Assembly: GCA_028534125.1 (NCBI GenBank)
Contig: CM052816.1
Location: 8,248,001 to 8,312,000, forward strand
Reading direction: 5' to 3'
Length of the DNA stretch: 64,000 nt
From: Lama glama
Taxonomy: Eukaryota
Of the stretch, positions 61,196 to 64,000 are shown piece after piece. Position 1 is the stretch's first letter. Every line of letters begins with the position of its first letter. The position numbers and the translations under genes are program-made. A model generated the notes under the pieces. That model was given only the letters and a program-made list of their open reading frames with translations. It searched no databases and was not told the DNA's origin.

Positions 61196-63154
61196 GACCA
61201 AACTAGATGCCCACACCTGCAGTGCACATCTAACCAGACTGCTTGGGCTACCTGTATAGCAGCCTATTCTTGCATCCATCACCCCTTTATATTCTTCCTA
61301 GGATTTTCCACAAGGGGCACCAGAAATAAGGGGCCTAGAACAGCCCTTCTAAGTGTTGGAAGCAGCATCTGCATCCCTTCAAGTCTTCTTCTGGGCTGAA
61401 CACCTGCGTCCTCTCAGCTGTTTCCTGGTGGCGTTTCTAGGCCTCTGCCCTCCCCTGGCCATCCTCCTCTGGTCTGGAGCTGAAGTCCTTGCAAACCATC
61501 CGCAGGCATGGGTCTTGAAGAGTCACATATGGGGCGGAGGTGTAGGAAGAGGCTCTGGACTCTAGCCTTTTTCTAGCTCGCTGCGGGACCTTGACACACC
61601 CCCTCCCCTCAGTGCCTGGCTCTCTGTACGCTCTGTGAGGGTAGGGACCACGTCTTCTTGCTCATCCTGTCCCACAGCAGTGCCTGACACACAGGGTGAG
61701 CCCACGATGAGTCCTTGTTGAATGTAACACAGATCTACAGCTTCCTGGTCTTCCTCATCACAGTAAATAGCTCCCATTCTCCAGCCACTCACGCCAAAAG
61801 CCTAGGTGGTGCTTCCTCCACCCCTCACATCCAATCCGTCAGCTGATTGGCTCAACCTCCAAAGGACAGCCTTCCATCCAGCTCCACTGCTCCCACAGCC
61901 TTAGTCAAAACCACTAATCTAATGGAGAAATGTGTTGTTCTGGGGTCAAAAATACCTGCATTTGAAAAAATACTAAGCACTCAGTAGATGCTAGTTCATA
62001 TCACTACTGTGGGAGGTGCTCCGTACTTACATGTTAAAACAGTTCATTCCCCCTTACATGGGTGGGTGGGGGCAGACGAAAAACAAAAAATTACTAACTG
62101 TGATTAGTGTGAAGGAAAGCAGTCATGGAGCTGAGAGCTAGACTGAGTGGTCAGGGTGGAGTGGGGAGCCTACTTTATTTAGCTTGGGGGAGGTCTCCTG
62201 GAGGAGGCTACATTTAAGCCAAGATCTGAAGGTTGAGAAGGAAGTTTCCATGTCACCAATTGGGAAGAATATTCCAGGAAGAGTGAACAGCATGTGCACA
62301 GGTCCTAAGGCAGAGAGGAGCAGCAGAGTACTGGCCCCCTGATGGACCCTGCCTGCCTTGTTCTGGCCGGAATCCCCAGCACCTAACAGCATGTTTAGCA
62401 TAGAGACTCAGACTGTTATCGCCTGCCTGCCTGTATGAATGAATGGATGAGAGAGGCACGTGATGCAGCTGGAGAGGCTAGCAGAGCTTTGAGCCCTGGG
62501 GTGAGGCCTTTGGATTTGACTTTTAGAGCAATGGGAAGTGACTGGAGGGGGATGAGCCTGGAGTGTCAGCCTCAGCTTTCACTAAGTTCTGTTCCCTTTC
62601 ACTGCTGATGCCAGGGGATCTATGTGGGTCACCCCTACAAGCTTGATGGGCGATTATGGCATGGGGGGGTGCTTAGCATGTTACTGTGGTGATGGATCTG
62701 ACTCGAGATGTAAATGTTTCCAGATCCCAGAAGCTCCAGGACAGGAACTTGAGGGGCCATCCCATTAAGATAACTTCCCACTGACAAGCCAGCCTTGCTG
62801 CTAACAAAGCTGTTCTGGACCTTCAGAACAACTCCCCAAGCTCTCAACAGCAGTATCTGCCAAAGTGGGGGGAAAAACACCCAACCAAAAAAAGCCTTCT
62901 GCCACCTTCTAACTGGGTCATTCCCCCCTTCCCAGCTGCATCTGAGAGATGAGGTGTCAGATGGAGCTTCTGCCTTGAGAACCAGCTTTAAACAGCCTGG
63001 CCCCTGCTGTGCGCTCCCCCCCCCCCGCCCCCAGCCTCTTATGGCTCATCTCTGACTGGCCTCCTTTTCCCCACCTGGGCTGGAATGAACATGGGAGGGG
63101 GCCGGGCTCCCACTCCAAGTGTGTTGTTTTATTTGATAGACGCTCATTAGCCTA

Positions 63155-63375
63155 TAGGGTCTGGATTTGAACCCTGTGCTGCCACCTCCCAGCTATGTGA
63201 CCTTGGGCAAAACGTGTTACCCTCTCCGAGTCTCATAAAAAAAAAAAATGAAGCAAATAATAGAACCTCACACTTCTTAGGGTTGTTATGAGACTTAAGT
63301 GAGATCACCATGCAAAGTCCTTGGCACAGTGCCTAGCAAATGGTAAAGGCTCAGTTGATGCCAGAGTTATTAGCT
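63155..63375 (+). mobile_element. MIR SINE
   Basis: ctggatttgaaccc ... agctatgtgaccttgggcaa ... tagggttgttatgag ... ttggcacagtgcctagca. Confidence 0.75.
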
Positions 63376-63503
63376 GTATCACGAGCTCCTACTATGTGTA
63401 AGGCATGGTGAGAAGGATGGGACTGATTAGGACTGGTCCTTCATGGGATAACAGACAGTAGACGGCAGGGCTAAACAAGACAGCCAGTGATAAGTGTTGT
63501 TAA

Positions 63504-63643
63504 TTGTTATTTTAAGGGGGAAGGTAATTAGGTTTATTTATTCACCTTTAGTTTTTAAAAAAAAAATGGTGATAGTGGGGATTGAACCTAGGACCTTGTG
63601 GATGCTTAGCACATACTCTACCACTGCACTATACCCTCCCCCT
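63504..63643 (-). mobile_element. tRNA-derived SINE, camelid Vic-1-like, with an 18-bp target-site duplication
   Basis: tRNA-like head on the - strand; AGTGATAAGTGTTGTTAA at 63486-63503 and 63644-63661. Confidence 0.88.
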
Positions 63644-64000
63644 AGTGATAAGTGTTGTTAAAACAAGGGCCTGATACAGTGCTTGGAGGGGAGGGAACCA
63701 AGGAGGGCTTCCTAGAGGAGGTGTCCTTGGAGAAGAAGCAGCATTTGGTAAAGCTGTAGGAGAGAGAAGGGAGGGCAGTTCAGGCTGAGGGAACCAGACT
63801 AGAGAGGCAGGAAGTGTGAGGTGTGTGCACCTGCTAAAGACTGGCAGAGATGGACGCAGGCATCAATGCACTGAATATCTACTATATGCCAGTCTCAGGG
63901 CTGGGCTTTACAGGCCCCGTTGCTTCGAGGTGTAATCCTGTTACTGTCTTAATGTTACAGTGGAAGAAGTTGAGGCTCAGAGAAATGATCCCGATTAACT

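Noticed and set aside
54156..64000. CDX1 exon 1 or an intronic retinoic-acid response element
   Set aside because: No CpG island or MYVGY-type N-terminal ORF, and no clean DR2/DR5 was found by eye; exon 1 lies beyond the window.

Overview
Mammalian genomic DNA, most likely a camelid (four copies of a tRNA-derived SINE resembling camelid Vic-1). The window covers the conserved CAMK2A-SLC6A7-CDX1 block. The + strand carries the 3' part of CAMK2A (exons 8-19 in human-style numbering, 495-~29295), including the internal alphaKAP first exon, the 33-nt alphaB/NLS cassette exon and a ~3.2-kb 3'UTR. The - strand carries SLC6A7 (proline transporter PROT) coding exons 1-13 (46846-32603; the last exon is absent and probably lies in the 500-N gap at 29296-29795) and CDX1 exons 2-3 with its 3'UTR (54155-~52270; exon 1 is beyond the window). 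All exon calls have GT-AG boundaries and consistent phases. No wholly new gene system is evident. The most notable non-gene signals are a TSD-flanked, polyadenylated retrocopy of the 28S rRNA 3' end in a CAMK2A intron, a divergent pair of near-consensus CTCF sites, a MEF2/E-box/DR1 set upstream of alphaKAP, a G4-CPE-AAUAAA module at the CAMK2A 3' end, a recursive-splice-like CAG|GTAAGA at CDX1 exon 2, HNF4/CDX/GATA motif clusters in CDX1, a CpG-retaining MER5-like element with an NRF1 motif, and a pure (CAG)9 polyQ in CDX1. Gene, repeat-family and motif identities come from recognition and recalled consensus sequences, not database searches. Most entries in the ORF track are chance ORFs.
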